Below, piece after piece: positions 24,261-36,140 of a DNA stretch of 64,000 nt. The translations under genes and the position numbers were made by a program. This stretch comes from Amphiscolops sp. MND2022 (Eukaryota). Where the stretch lies: positions 24,800,001 to 24,864,000 of the forward strand of contig OZ076413.1 of assembly GCA_964187785.1 (NCBI GenBank), written 5' to 3'. Positions within the stretch are counted from its first letter, which is position 1. Every line of letters starts with the position of its first letter. The notes below the pieces were generated by a model. That model was given only the letters and a program-made list of their open reading frames with translations. It searched no databases and had not been told where the DNA came from.

Positions 24261-25279
24261 GTGCTGCCCGGAAAGCAGAGATCTCCTCTCTACTCAGACT
24301 CAGACAGCCTCCTAGCAAAAACTGTAAAGTTTGCAAACAGGGCCACGGGGCAGGTCTTGTTTGCTAACAGAAAGTTTGACAAGAAGGAGCTTTTGCTCAC
24401 TTACTGGCGACCAAGAAGTACAACAAAAACTTCAAACTTCGACTATGTGATGGTAGTGCAAGAAGAGAAACAAGCGGTATTCATTGACACGTCTGACGAA
24501 AAGAGCTCACGAATGGCTCGACTTATCCCCGACAACGTCAAAGCAGGTGCTGCCAACAGTCGGATGAAGAGGGTCCTTCATGGCCAAGGCAGAAATCATT
24601 ACATATTCCTGGCAACTCGCCCACTTTAGTCAGGTTAGTTTCGTTTTGACTTTTGTTTACTAGAGAGAAGACCTTCAAAGACACACAATACCCATCCCAC
24701 CAAGGCCTAGCGAAAGGGGGGTCCAAGCCCCACCAGCTCTGGTCTCTGGTTTCGTAAACACACAAAGTGTGTGTCCCACAAAGTTCCAGTGAAGAAGAAA
24801 TCGAGGTCACACTAAGTGTTGTTTGAAGCTTAGTGAGATTTTTGCACTTACGGTTTTGCACTTATATCTTAAGTTAGGCCTATGATTGTAAGCGGCCTTC
24901 TGAAAATTGGAAGACACTGCGTACTTCCCATTTTTTTCAACAGCAAATCGAACTTCAGAGACCAATTTTAGTGGAAACAAATGTTGTAACGGCTGCTTGC
25001 CTTTATCCTGCGCTGAGGCTTGACAAGCTTTACGCCGCCCTGATCCGCCCAATTTGTCTCAGGCTCATTTCTGCTGAAACTCGTAATTTTATAACTAAAT
25101 TTTTGATAGAGTTTTCTAAGTGTTTTGAGTTATAAGTTTCATCAGTCACGTTTAAATTTGAGTTTCTGATCTCGCAATTGACTGGCGCCAACAAATGTCA
25201 ATCATTCATTCTTGTTTATCCGTTCAAGTTTACAGGTGAGGAGTTGCGCAATGATTATGGTTTTCCTCATGCCGAATGG
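24261..25279 (+). pseudogene. SET domain (SETD8/KMT5A-like), split by a phase-1 intron at 24634-25235
   Basis: QVLFANRKFDKKELLLTY...FIDTS...MARLIPDN...ANSRMKRV...HYIFLATRPL*S then G|GTTAGT...TTTACAG|GT GAG GAG TTG CGC AAT GAT TAT GGT. Splicing restores SGEELRNDYGFPHAEW, the SET C-terminal GEEL.xDYG motif. In-frame stops are present. Confidence 0.8.
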
Positions 25280-25480
25280 TAACTAAATTCTGCACCTTTG
25301 GGAACTAAAGGTAATACAGAAAGAACTATTTTCAAAAACAAAAGATCTTGTAAGGAGGACGAGCCCTTCAAAACGGTGGCGATGAAGAAGAAACTGGGAA
25401 GTCCCCTCATACAATCTAAAGCTGAAAAAGAGGGGTTGATGACTTGGGTAAAATAGTTACATCAACAACGCAAAGAATAT

Positions 25481-25985
25481 CAGCGCAGAACCAATCTAGC
25501 AAAATGAGAAAACCGAAACTGCCGACAAAGTAGAGAAAAGTTTCAACCTTTTACCTAACGATGATATGGACACGGAACCAGGAATCTCAACAAAGTCAGC
25601 GCAATCTAATCTAGAAGAGTTGTGAAAAACAAAACTACATACACAGTACAGAAAACTCCTAACCTGTAACGCAAAGACGGGGACACGGAACCAGTGATGT
25701 CAACAAATTCAGCGCAAAATCGGTCGAGCAAGAATGACAAAAACAAAAATTCTGACACAGTTGAGAAAGCTTCAAACGCTTTAACCAACGATGATGGGGA
25801 CACCCGAGCCAGGGATCTCAACAAAGTCAGAAAGTCAGCGCAAAACCAATCTAGCAAAATTGAGAAAACGAAAACTTCTGACACTGTAGAGAAAGATCCT
25901 GGCTCGATTCCCAAAGATTAGCGGGGCACGGAACCGGGAATCTTAACAAAGTCGTCGCAAAGCCAATCTAGAAAAGTTTCGAGAA
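25481..25985 (+). repeat. ~4.3 copies of a 113-126-bp coding repeat (SAQNQSSKIEKTKTSDTVEK...DTEPGI.TK)
   Basis: CAGCGC/CGTCGC unit starts at 25481, 25597, 25710, 25836, 25953. Confidence 0.85.
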
Positions 25986-27059
25986 ATCGAAGCTTCGAAA
26001 CCATCACGCAAACCAAAGAACGTAGCTAGAGGCATTTAACCATCGTATGACAGGAACTAGAAAAAAGTATAAGAAAGAAAACCAAAAACACCTTTCGAAG
26101 CCAAAAACGAATATGTAATACCTCAGACAAGAAGCACATTTTCAGAATATACCAGTGTTTTCAAAGATATGAACAATCTAATGACTCTTAAGAGTATCTT
26201 TTTTGGTTGCATTTGCAATTTGATGAGGTTCATCCACCGCATTCTTTGAAGTGCAACGGGATATTGAAACTTGCTGCTGAAACAACCATCTCAGAAGTGT
26301 TAACTTCAATCATCCAAATAGAAACGCAAGGTGATTGCAAAATAAGTGACTGAATGTCACACGAAACGCAAGAAGAAAGAATATAGATAATAAGTCTGCA
26401 TCATCTGGAAAGAACCTCATTATACTTTTAGTGCAAAAAGAAGCCTATGTGTTTGTAAAGCGAAATATTTATCAGAATTCAAATTCATTAGAGATTTTCG
26501 ACTTGTAACAACAGCTTCAAAACTCATGGGTTGAATTTTCCCAACTGAGTTTTTCAGAAAAAAAATTTTTCTTTTAAAGCAGTTGGAGTTTTCTGAGGGA
26601 ACATCAATGGCTTTGAGAATTCTCAACAAAAGACGCGAATTCTTAATGCCAAAGAACGAGGAAGATTTGGATTCTGAATCAACTCAAGAATAAACCTGAA
26701 CAGTTCTACCTGAAAAGTTTGTCGACGAAAACATCTGAATCCTCAAGCTACAAGGTTGATCAGGATGAAAGTAGCGAGAAACTGTCTCAGAAGAAAAAAC
26801 AGATACGGCACCTATGAGTGGGGGACCGCCAAGTAAAGAATCAAACGGTGGTATTGGGAGAAGGCATTTCTCACATAGGTGAAAAAAGTTATCAGACCGC
26901 ACTAGCTTAAACGTCGTCTGCAGGACCAAATGTTGTTGCAAACACTGTGAAAGACTATAATAACATTGAAGACGACATGCAATCTTAGGTCAACACTAAT
27001 TGTTTCAAAAAACTGTGAATCAACTCAAAGTGTCTCAGGCAGATCCACATTGTAGTCTC

Positions 27060-29410
27060 TGCAGGTGAATACAAAAAGAAGAAATGTTGTACTTACTGAC
27101 CTTTCGAAGATATCAATGTCGCCAACTTGGCTCGTCTTTCGCAATTATTCCATCAAAAAGAACTCCAGTGTCTTTAGGCGAATAAATCTAAAATTAGAAG
27201 AATTAGGAAGAAGTAGGGAAACCGCCACAATTGAACCCGGTTTGAGAAAACTTCATTGAGAGAAAGATCAATCTTACGCTTGATGAAAAATGAAGGCCAG
27301 TACAAGTATAACATTGCGGTTTTCAAAAAATTCAAACAGACGAAGTGATTCACTGACAAGCTGATCGTAGTCGGGGACCCGACGGATACGGAAAATCCAA
27401 CAGCTGATAACTATGCTCCTTGCCCTGATTGTCTTGGCTTCTTCATGAGAAAAATATGTACCGGCACAAACTACACTGCTCGGCAATTACCAAGTCTAGC
27501 CATAACGATGGAAAGAACAAAAACATAAAAACTGCTATCTTTGCGTTGATGCTTGAAATCAAAGCCGCCAATCTTAACACACCTTTTCGGGAATTCCTTC
27601 ATACCAGTTTAAGAAATGATCCAGTTGCAGAACGTATTCGAACCCCTTATAATGTATATTGGCGAATATTCTTTCAATAAGCGAAAGTCACACGAAGGCT
27701 ACAATCAGATCACGGACAGAATGCCGGTCATAGTCGGGCTAATTCTCACACTGGAATGCACATGTTCAATTAAAATAGGGATTGAAACAGATAAAGGCCA
27801 GGCATGTGGTCGAAAAGGAAAGAGGCGGTTTCAACAATTTTGCAAAATGCAACCAAGTGAAAATGGGATCAATCCTGAAAACAGCTGCTGCGTTTTGCAA
27901 AATCAATCATTCGTGTGGGAGAAGAAGAAAGTATCTCAACAATCGAAACTGTTTCTGAAAAGTATTGACACTGAATGGGCTCAAATATCTGCACCTGCTA
28001 AATACCACTGAGTTAAATTTTTGAACGCTTTAGAAGTTATTGTGACGAATAGTTACAAGTAGCACCAAAAATTGGCAAAATATGAAACCTATAATCCAAT
28101 GGAGAGCGTTTTCAAAGTTTTTTATTTTAGGGGGCCTATATAAAGCATTGGAAGAGCCTGGTTTCCATTACTAACTTCTTTTACAATATGGCTTCTTTTA
28201 CTTGAATTGTTTGGAAACCAGAATTAGTAGTACATAAAAAGTGGGACCCGCAGTGAAATTTAAAGAAAGAAAAACGACTAGAAATGACTAAAAAACCATT
28301 TGAGTTTTACACTCCGCAATGACACGGCAAACTGCAACTTGCGGCAAAAAGTTGTCTTCAATGAAAAAGGTTGTTTCCAAATATGCATCACCAAAGTACA
28401 TAAAAAGTGTCTATGTCCCATTTTATGCGGATTCATCAACGCTTAACCGTGGAAGAAGTCGCATTTTATAAGACTTTGATCCTCTTTTTCACCATAAGTT
28501 GGTAGGAGGTGCTATGGGACAGTGCATAAATAAAACAGTTTAGCTGATTCATTTTTTGAGCCCTTTCTTTCCCAAATTTATTCATCGTGTTTTTTTCTAG
28601 GTTGGTCAAGAAGCAAAATGAGAGCATACACACGGTTTTTCCAACAACCGACATCAATAAATTTCGGCAAAGCATTGAAAACCTGTGCGAGAACTCCTCG
28701 TACTGACAAAGTACAACTATTCTATGCCAAACTGAAACTAATTGTGATAGCTGATCTTATCTGTTTTACCAAGAAGTGCGATCGTGAAGATTCTGGCATC
28801 AAAAGGAGAGATATGCTACTACAACGAAATCTTGCCTCCGAACGTGCAAAGACAGCGGATAACGAGCTCGTGAAGCTGGCAAAACTAGAAAAAAATTGCA
28901 GTGTACACATGCCTCGGACTTCCTGGGAAGGGCGGAAAAGTTGATCCAGTGCTGGTGCCACTGGACACACTCAACCTTATTGATGATGTCTTGATCAATG
29001 ATGAGAACTTGAAAAAAGAAACGATTCTTCCAAACAGAAGGTAGTGAGTTGGCATTACCGGAGCGCTGAGGCCCTGAACAAATTCGCTAAAGACTTTGAG
29101 CTGCAGATCAAAACTTTGTTCAGATCAAGGAAGCTACAAAATTATATTGCAACTTCACGACAGTTTTTGAACTTAATGAAGTACCAGAGAACTTGGGTTG
29201 GTGACTTTCTGGGTTAAGACTTAAGGGTTCACGACAGGTATTACAGGATGCACAGTGATGCCGTTGATCAAGCTAAAATTAAAAAATTGTTTTATATGGT
29301 CGACAGCAGCAAATTCGAGGAAAGCTATAAAAAAGACCTCAGCCCAAATCAATCGACGCTGGAGGATGACGAGTTGGACGACTCTGTTAGTTTTTTGCTG
29401 TTTTTGAAAC
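27060..29410 (+). pseudogene. Tyrosine-recombinase-domain protein (fragmented)
   Basis: LRNDPVAERIRT/EPLIMYIG...QITDRM; IADLICFTKKCDRE (FNRRRxGE equivalent); PGKGGKVDPVLVP; from 29101 RSRKLQNYIATSRQFLNL...DFLG*DLRVHDRYYRMHSDAVDQAKIKKL. These match the YR LRKxIAT / LGH / HxxYY boxes. Confidence 0.78.
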
Positions 29411-31797
29411 TTTGACGCTTTGGTGTTGTTAATAGGGCTGAATAAAGTCCATGTCCTTTTTCAAAAACTCGAGTAAATCTGACTTCTTTGACATCAGTCC
29501 GAATTGAATACAAAAAATGGTTTTATTGTTTGTACTATTGCAATCAAAAAAATTTCAAGGTTCCAAGATTGTTCTGTACAAAAAACAAAAACCCTCTGGA
29601 ACTTTACCTGCAGAAATTCAATGTTACTTAAAATCCTATTTAGCAAATGATTGTTTATCTACATCTGTATAATTTTTAAAGGTCTCTCAGTGAATCATTT
29701 GAATTGAGAAATTTTTCGAACGTTTCCAGTCACTACAACTTGCTGATAATTATTCGTATTGTAAGCAGTTGAAACTACCTTTCGTCTCTCGAACATTATC
29801 ATGCGAGAAGTCTTCATCCCCCTTGCGAAACTACTGGTAAACTTCAGAGAAGCCTTTCCAAACAATGACTCCTTTTTGTCAAGTTTCCTGTGACCTATTC
29901 CCCAAAAACCAGCATTTACTCTTATCTGGTCAGGTGTGAGCTGTCGCGTAATTACTAACGATTAACAATCACAATTTAAAAAGCATCTGCCACAATAAAA
30001 CGCTAAAAAATCTCTAATCGAAGACCTGCAGAAATAAGAAGCTCAACAGTTCTCGTTGTGCTACGGTGCGATGTATCTCCAAAAACGACTGCAGAAACAA
30101 AAACCACAACATTCACCCCTGGGGTACAGTGCCGTTTATACTTTAAAAACACCTTCGTTAATAAAAAGCTCAACAATCACCCCAGGTGTACAGCGCTGTT
30201 TGTTTTCTAAAAAAACCTGCAAAAACCAAAGGAAATTGAACTTACGTTAAGAGCCATGGAGATTTGAGATGAATTAATGAACCTGGCTGCAAAACAATCA
30301 GCTGCCGTGGAATAAAAAGAAGATTTCGGGATACTAATTTGGGGGGATTGCACAAGTAAAAACTTCTAGAGTTACAGCAAGGAATTAAACTTCAAGCCAA
30401 GCTGGGATTGCTTGCATACTAAAATGCCGGCCACGCCCTCTCGAAGAACTGCTCAACTGTTTTTTTACGGTCTGCTCAGGCTAGAGAATCCTTCTTCTTG
30501 TCAACCGGCAGAATTTCAACCTAAAAAATCTCTCTTTCTCCTTCACTTCTCTTCTCTTCCCTTGCTCCAACTGTCCCTCTTAACCTATTTTCTTCACCTT
30601 CTTGAGATATTTTTCTCGTAGACATAGAAAGTCCAACATATCCTCTCCCCTTCGCCTGCTTTGTTATCATCTCAGCAAAGTATCTCTTGTCCCAAAATTG
30701 GTAAATTACTTATCTCCCAACTGCCTTTTCCTTCGTAGAAAATTCTCTTCAAATCTATTTGGTTCCCGTTTTGGTGAGTCGAAGTTTACTTATGCTTTTT
30801 AGTGCAGTTTTCTGATTTTCCCTTTTTCTAACTGAGTTGTTTCTTCCCATTGGTTCCATTCGGTGTTGGAATAAATTTTATCTTACAATAATTTGCGTTC
30901 ATTTCACCCGGCGGTTGTTCAAACTATATCATTGTTTTGCTTTGTTTTAGGAGGAAATATTAAGTTGATGTTACTTTTAACCTTCTAGATTTAATCAATC
31001 AAAATGTCTAAAAGCTGCTCAAATCTACTTGCGTAGTGACCTTGAAACTAGAGTGTGCAGTCTATGTTAACACCGTTTGTAAACTTCTTCTGTCTTCTGT
31101 ATTTTTCCAAGTTTTTCCAAGTTTTCCAAAAATAAATGCGAAGTTCGATGAACTATCAAGTATTGTAAACTTCCTTACGTAATAAATTAAAATCAAGTCT
31201 ACTTTGTATTTAAGTTTTGTAGATATATGGAATTGGTACTGCTATGCTTAAAAAACTTGTTCAGTCTTATCATCAGCTTCCTTTTTTTAATTCAACACAT
31301 TTACTTACTATGCCTTTTCTGTAAACAGAAAGCTCATTTACGTACACTGCCTTGCACTTACTCTCACAATCGCCGTTGTTCGCACGTACACGCAAGGTAC
31401 TTCGTTTTCAGTATTACACGGAGTAGGCTATTGAGACCTTCTTACTCAGTCTTTATTGATTATAGAACGCTCGCCCGAAAATTTACCAAACTCACTCGCA
31501 CATTTTGTTCGCAAAGTAAGTAGTTTTCCTTTCCCTTACAATCAGTAATTTTCTTTTTCCATTTGAATATGGGCGAAATAAATTGTATGTCAACAAAACA
31601 GTTGAATCGTTTTCAAGTCAGCAACCTCGCCATTGCTACAAAAAACTTTGCTACAAAAAAATGCATCTTGTCTCCGGGTTTGAAAAAAGAGATCGACGAA
31701 AAAAAGTAGAAGAATCGACTTAACTTGAATCAAATAAATCTAATTTAGGGAAAATCAATCAAAACTATTCAGAAAACTACACTGAATCAATACTTCC

Positions 31798-32259
31798 AGT
31801 TAATACACTCTCGTTGTGTGACGTCATGATGCATGACATCAAGAATCTTGATATTTGTAAAAGTGTAATTAAACTCCCTGACCTAATAGCATGACAGATG
31901 CCATTCTACTTAGAAGTTAACACTTCATTAATGAGATGCTAACATTTCTAATGATTTCATTATAGATGTAATCCCATCAATCTCATCTTGTAATGATTTC
32001 ACTTCTACTTAATCTGAATACTGATTGATGTACTAACTGAAACTATATACTCAGAGTAACTCGAATCTTGTAATCTGACAGTACACTCGTTTGGGAAGAA
32101 AAAGAATTCTGAGATTTCAGACCAACATAGTCTTACTCAGTCAAGTGAAAAGAAGATAGCTATCTAGACGTTATTCTTGTTAAGACTTAGAAAGAACTTC
32201 TAATGTGTTCAATAAAAGAAATTAAGATAAACATCCAACAAGTCTTTAACAACTCAATT
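31798..32259 (+). repeat. 5' LTR of element 2 (AGTTA...AATT, 462 bp)
   Basis: Ends ...TCTTTAACAACTCAATT directly before the PBS and contains AATAAA. The last 106 bp recur at 52680-52785. The left end is inferred from the AGTTA terminus typical of gypsy-group LTRs. Confidence 0.7.
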
Positions 32260-32271
32260 GGAGGGACCACG
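32259..32271 (+). promoter_or_regulatory. Primer-binding site candidate TGGAGGGACCACG
   Basis: TGG start abuts the LTR. The priming tRNA is not assigned. Confidence 0.6.
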
Positions 32272-32409
32272 AATATTCTCTTTTTCCTACCTCTGGTACC
32301 TCAAATTCATTCTTCTTGTACAAGCTTCCTCAACTTTTTCATTCGATATTTCTTTGTCCGCCTTTGACAGTTTCACCTCATCTCTCCATCGTACATCAAC
32401 ATTAACTTT

Positions 32410-32690
32410 ACGTTCCAACCAATAATCACTGAAAATTGATTCGTGTTGATATGGTTCTGACTACGTTCTTTTGCGTAATTCCTGTCAGTTCAAATCTTTT
32501 CCGTTCCAACCACTTTTCAAATGATACGTGTTGGTATTCTCCATTTCCGTTCCAACCACTCTAACCGTGACTCGTGTTGGTTATTTCCCTTTCGTTCCAA
32601 CCGCAGACGTGCGATACGTGTTGGATTTCACACAGTGCTATCCAACGATTTCTGCTAGTAAAACTCTTTGGTTCTAGCCGCTAGGATCAA
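32410..32690 (+). promoter_or_regulatory. Leader with repeated CGTTCCAAC...CGTGTTGG hairpin units (packaging-signal candidate)
   Basis: Four ~45-bp units with CCAAC/GTTGG complementary arms; conserved in the element 1 leader (~18990-19200, minus). Confidence 0.55.
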
Positions 32691-32952
32691 TTTTATAATT
32701 GTTGGCACAAAAACAACAATTTTCCCCTTCTTTCATACTTTTGCACACTGATTTTCACTATAATACAAACCCTACCTTTAATACTAATCATTTTAATACA
32801 ACCCCTACCTTTAATACTAGTTATCTTTACCACAAATTCTCCCTTTACTATTATTTGGATACGATTTCTAATACATAATCTATCTTTAATACACTTTAAT
32901 ACAATAAATACAAGACGAAACTTATCACTAACACAACTTTCATACAAAATCA

Positions 32953-34200
32953 ATGCCTTCTGTTGATTTTTTAGTACGATTTTTAATTCTACTTTGGTTC
33001 TCTCTTGGTATACTTGCTGGTATTACTCTTTTCTTTGACAGATTTCTAGTACTTTTATACCTAAATACTAATGTCCAAGTCATAGACTTCAAAATCTCTG
33101 AAATTCTTATAAAACCCCCATCTTCATATGATACATACTATATTACTTCCTCTTTTTGGACTCCTTGGGATATATTATACATTTTGTACCTTAGTTTCAC
33201 TCACATCTAATGAGGTATTACTGATTTTTCTTACTCAAATTACCATTTTTATTCAAATTACATTTATAGACCTAATTCTTCCTTACCTAATTAGTTTTAA
33301 TACACAATATTTTATTTCACAATACTTGTTTCCCTTATGGAACACTTTCTTCTCTAACTGATATACAATCTCACACAAAAATATCACGCTTCCAACCCCA
33401 TTTCTATTAACCCACAACATAGATCTGCACGTTCACTCACCCAAGATGTAATACCTCTTTTAAACAATCTAATTTTTCAGTACACCAATCCACTTCCATT
33501 TGAAAGCGAAGCACTCTTATTACATACAATACCTTTACTTCGAGAACACTTAAATTCCTATCTGTATTACTTCAGGTATAAAACTTTAGAAAATACCCCA
33601 GCACAACAACCTTTTCAAATTAGTTTTAACCCAGTACAAGGTGTTAATCCAGGAATATATTTCAGAATAATTCACCCTCGAAACTTAACACTATCTATAC
33701 AAGGTTTTTCATCATCTATAAAGAAAAACTAATAGAACAGAATGAAAACTTAGATACACCACTATATCGACCTTCTCACCTTGAAAGTTTAAAAGAAAAA
33801 TCTGATTATTTCGATGTACCCGTTATTGATACAAAACTTCAAACCCACAATAATCCTCATTATTGGCATCAAGAAGATCTTTTACAAGTCACAAACTTTC
33901 AATTCAAATTTTTTCAAAATATCACACTAACTGATGATACAATACCCCATATCAAAGGCGTCTCTCACTCTCACTTCCTCTTGAAGTACTTTAGATTTGA
34001 ATATCAATTATTATGGGAACATAAGGATCAATCCGCATATATTATCTTTCCCCATGTACTCACAGATACTGAAATTTCACCATTTATCATAAAAATGATT
34101 TCAAACATTTCTTATCCAAAGATTTCACTACGTTTCCTACAATTCATTTTGAAAATATCATACTGAATTCTGACTTTTTTTTCAAACTTCTGATAATAGA
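32953..34200 (+). pseudogene. ORF0 of element 2 (pre-gag, hydrophobic N-terminus)
   Basis: MPSVDFLVRFLILLWFSLGILAGITLFF... and YRPSHLESLKEKSDYFDVPVIDTKLQTHNNPHYW. Homologous to element 1 ORF0. Confidence 0.65.
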
Positions 34201-34229
34201 CCCTATCTAACTACTGTTAATATTTCGTC

Positions 34230-36140
34230 ATTCAATACAAATTTGGTACAAGAAAACCTTGATGAAGATGAAAACGTAATTCAACATCAACCAACAACGC
34301 CACGACAACCATCCCAGATAACACAAGATACAACTGAATCTTTCTAAGATACTCTTGTAAAGACCCTTAATACTTCCACTATCATAGATTCTAATGCTCT
34401 TTAAGTACCTATCCATGATATTACAGAAAATACCAATAATCTCTTCAATCAAGAAGATCCTTCTACATTATCTACAATGAATACTATTGATACACAACCC
34501 CTTCAAACTCACCACATAATACCACAAAATAATGATCCTCCACCTCCACCATCTGAAAATTCTACTCATAGTACTCCTCAAACTTCATCTCAACAAATCT
34601 CTTGTACTCAATTTAACAATCATATCCCTTCTACTTCAATACAAACAAATCCGCATATTCAACCGATCTCTATTCAACTTCAAACTAACACTCTAAACAT
34701 ACCTCTAACAGCCTAACTCTCACATCACTCATGCTATACCTTCATCTACTACACCCTTAACTACACTCAACATACCCCAAAGTACCCCAACATACATTAA
34801 CTCTTCTGCTTCTATTTCCGAATCTATCAAACCCTTTGATGGTTTGGACCACAACTATACACCAGAAGAATGTTTACAACATATTGAGGCCCGTGTTGCA
34901 TTTTCCTTAGGATTACAACCTATCACTGCTCATGAATGAAAATTTTGGCACGCCCGCCGAATTGCTTTTATACAATGTATACTAACTGGAACTGCTCTTA
35001 GTTGGAATATTCGTTTGAATGACAATTATAAACAAGATTGGCACGCTTTTGTACAAGCATTTTAAAAACACTTTTCATCACAAAAGAACGCTTATCATGC
35101 ACAAGTTGAAGCTCTTAGCTTAGTTTAAAAAGACAATGAAACTGTTAGCCATTTTGCGTTAAAAGTTCAACAACTGGTTGAAAAAGGCTGGTGTAATGAG
35201 AATGCATCAACTATAAATCTCAAATGCAATGAAATCTTAACAAATGTACTTCCAGAAAATCCTAAAGACATTGCAAACAAAAGACAATTCAAATATATAC
35301 TTCTACTGTTTTGGAACCTTCAATTCCCATTCACACTAGTAAAATTTGTTGATGCTGAAGACATCGCAAATGACAAAATACGTACACATGATCTTACTCT
35401 CGATGTCAATAAGATTACAAAACAGTTACAAACGCAAACATTACATTCACAACAATTTGACCAAGTAATGTTTACACAAACTCGAGACCCTAATAACAAA
35501 ACTAAACCTGCTTACAAAAAGTACTGCTGTTACTGTCACAGAACAAACGATTCTTTCTCTGCTTGTTTCAAAAAACAACGAGATGATGAAGATAAACGTG
35601 ATGCTTATGCACGATCAAAATCTCCTCAGAAATCATTTGTACAATACTTCCGTTCTTCTTCTAATGACAAACCATCAAGATATGACACAAGATCAAACGA
35701 TTATCCAAATAAATATCGTAGCTGAAGTACATCTCGTAATAACTATCAGAGAAATAACAAATCTCAATATAGACAAACATCTACATCTAGAACTCGTTAT
35801 AATTACGATCGAAATACCACTCCTCCACATTACACTCGATCACGTTATGATAACTATCAAAGAGACTCTCGCTCACATCGTTCACCATACAGGTCTTCTT
35901 ATAGATCACCATACACACGTGATTCACGTCCCAGATACATATCCCGATGTTATTCCAGAGAAAATAACTTTCAAAAATACACTTCTTCATATCGACCTCC
36001 TTCAAGACCTAGAGATTCCAGATATTCTAGATCTTGTTCACACTCTACTTTACGAAATAAAGTCAATACTATTCAACCACAATCTTCCCCTGATGCAATC
36101 AACTCTGAAATACACTTGTATCACCCAACAGAAATGGCAA
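34230..36140 (+). pseudogene. gag: gag of element 2
   Basis: P/S/T-rich N-terminus, KPFDGLDHNYTPEE, FWHARR, AQVEALSL, VQQLVEKGWCNENASTINLKCNE, knuckle KKYCCYCHRTNDSFSACFKKQRD (35468..35725), R/S/Y-rich tail. Confidence 0.88.

Larger units (their letters stand above)
24261..29410 (+). mobile_element. Decayed SET + tyrosine-recombinase (Crypton-like) DNA transposon gene; element ends not identified
   Basis: SET exons, an acidic/repetitive linker, a Cys/His region (NYAPCPDCLGFFMRKNMYRHKLHC) and a YR catalytic domain occur in order on one strand. Confidence 0.7.

Noticed and set aside
30500-30900. Pyrimidine-rich stretch as a LINE fragment
   Set aside because: No endonuclease or RT motif recognisable.
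31745-31797. Resemblance to element 1 ORF0 just left of the element 2 LTR (nested insertion)
   Set aside because: The match is short and AT-rich, so it could be chance.
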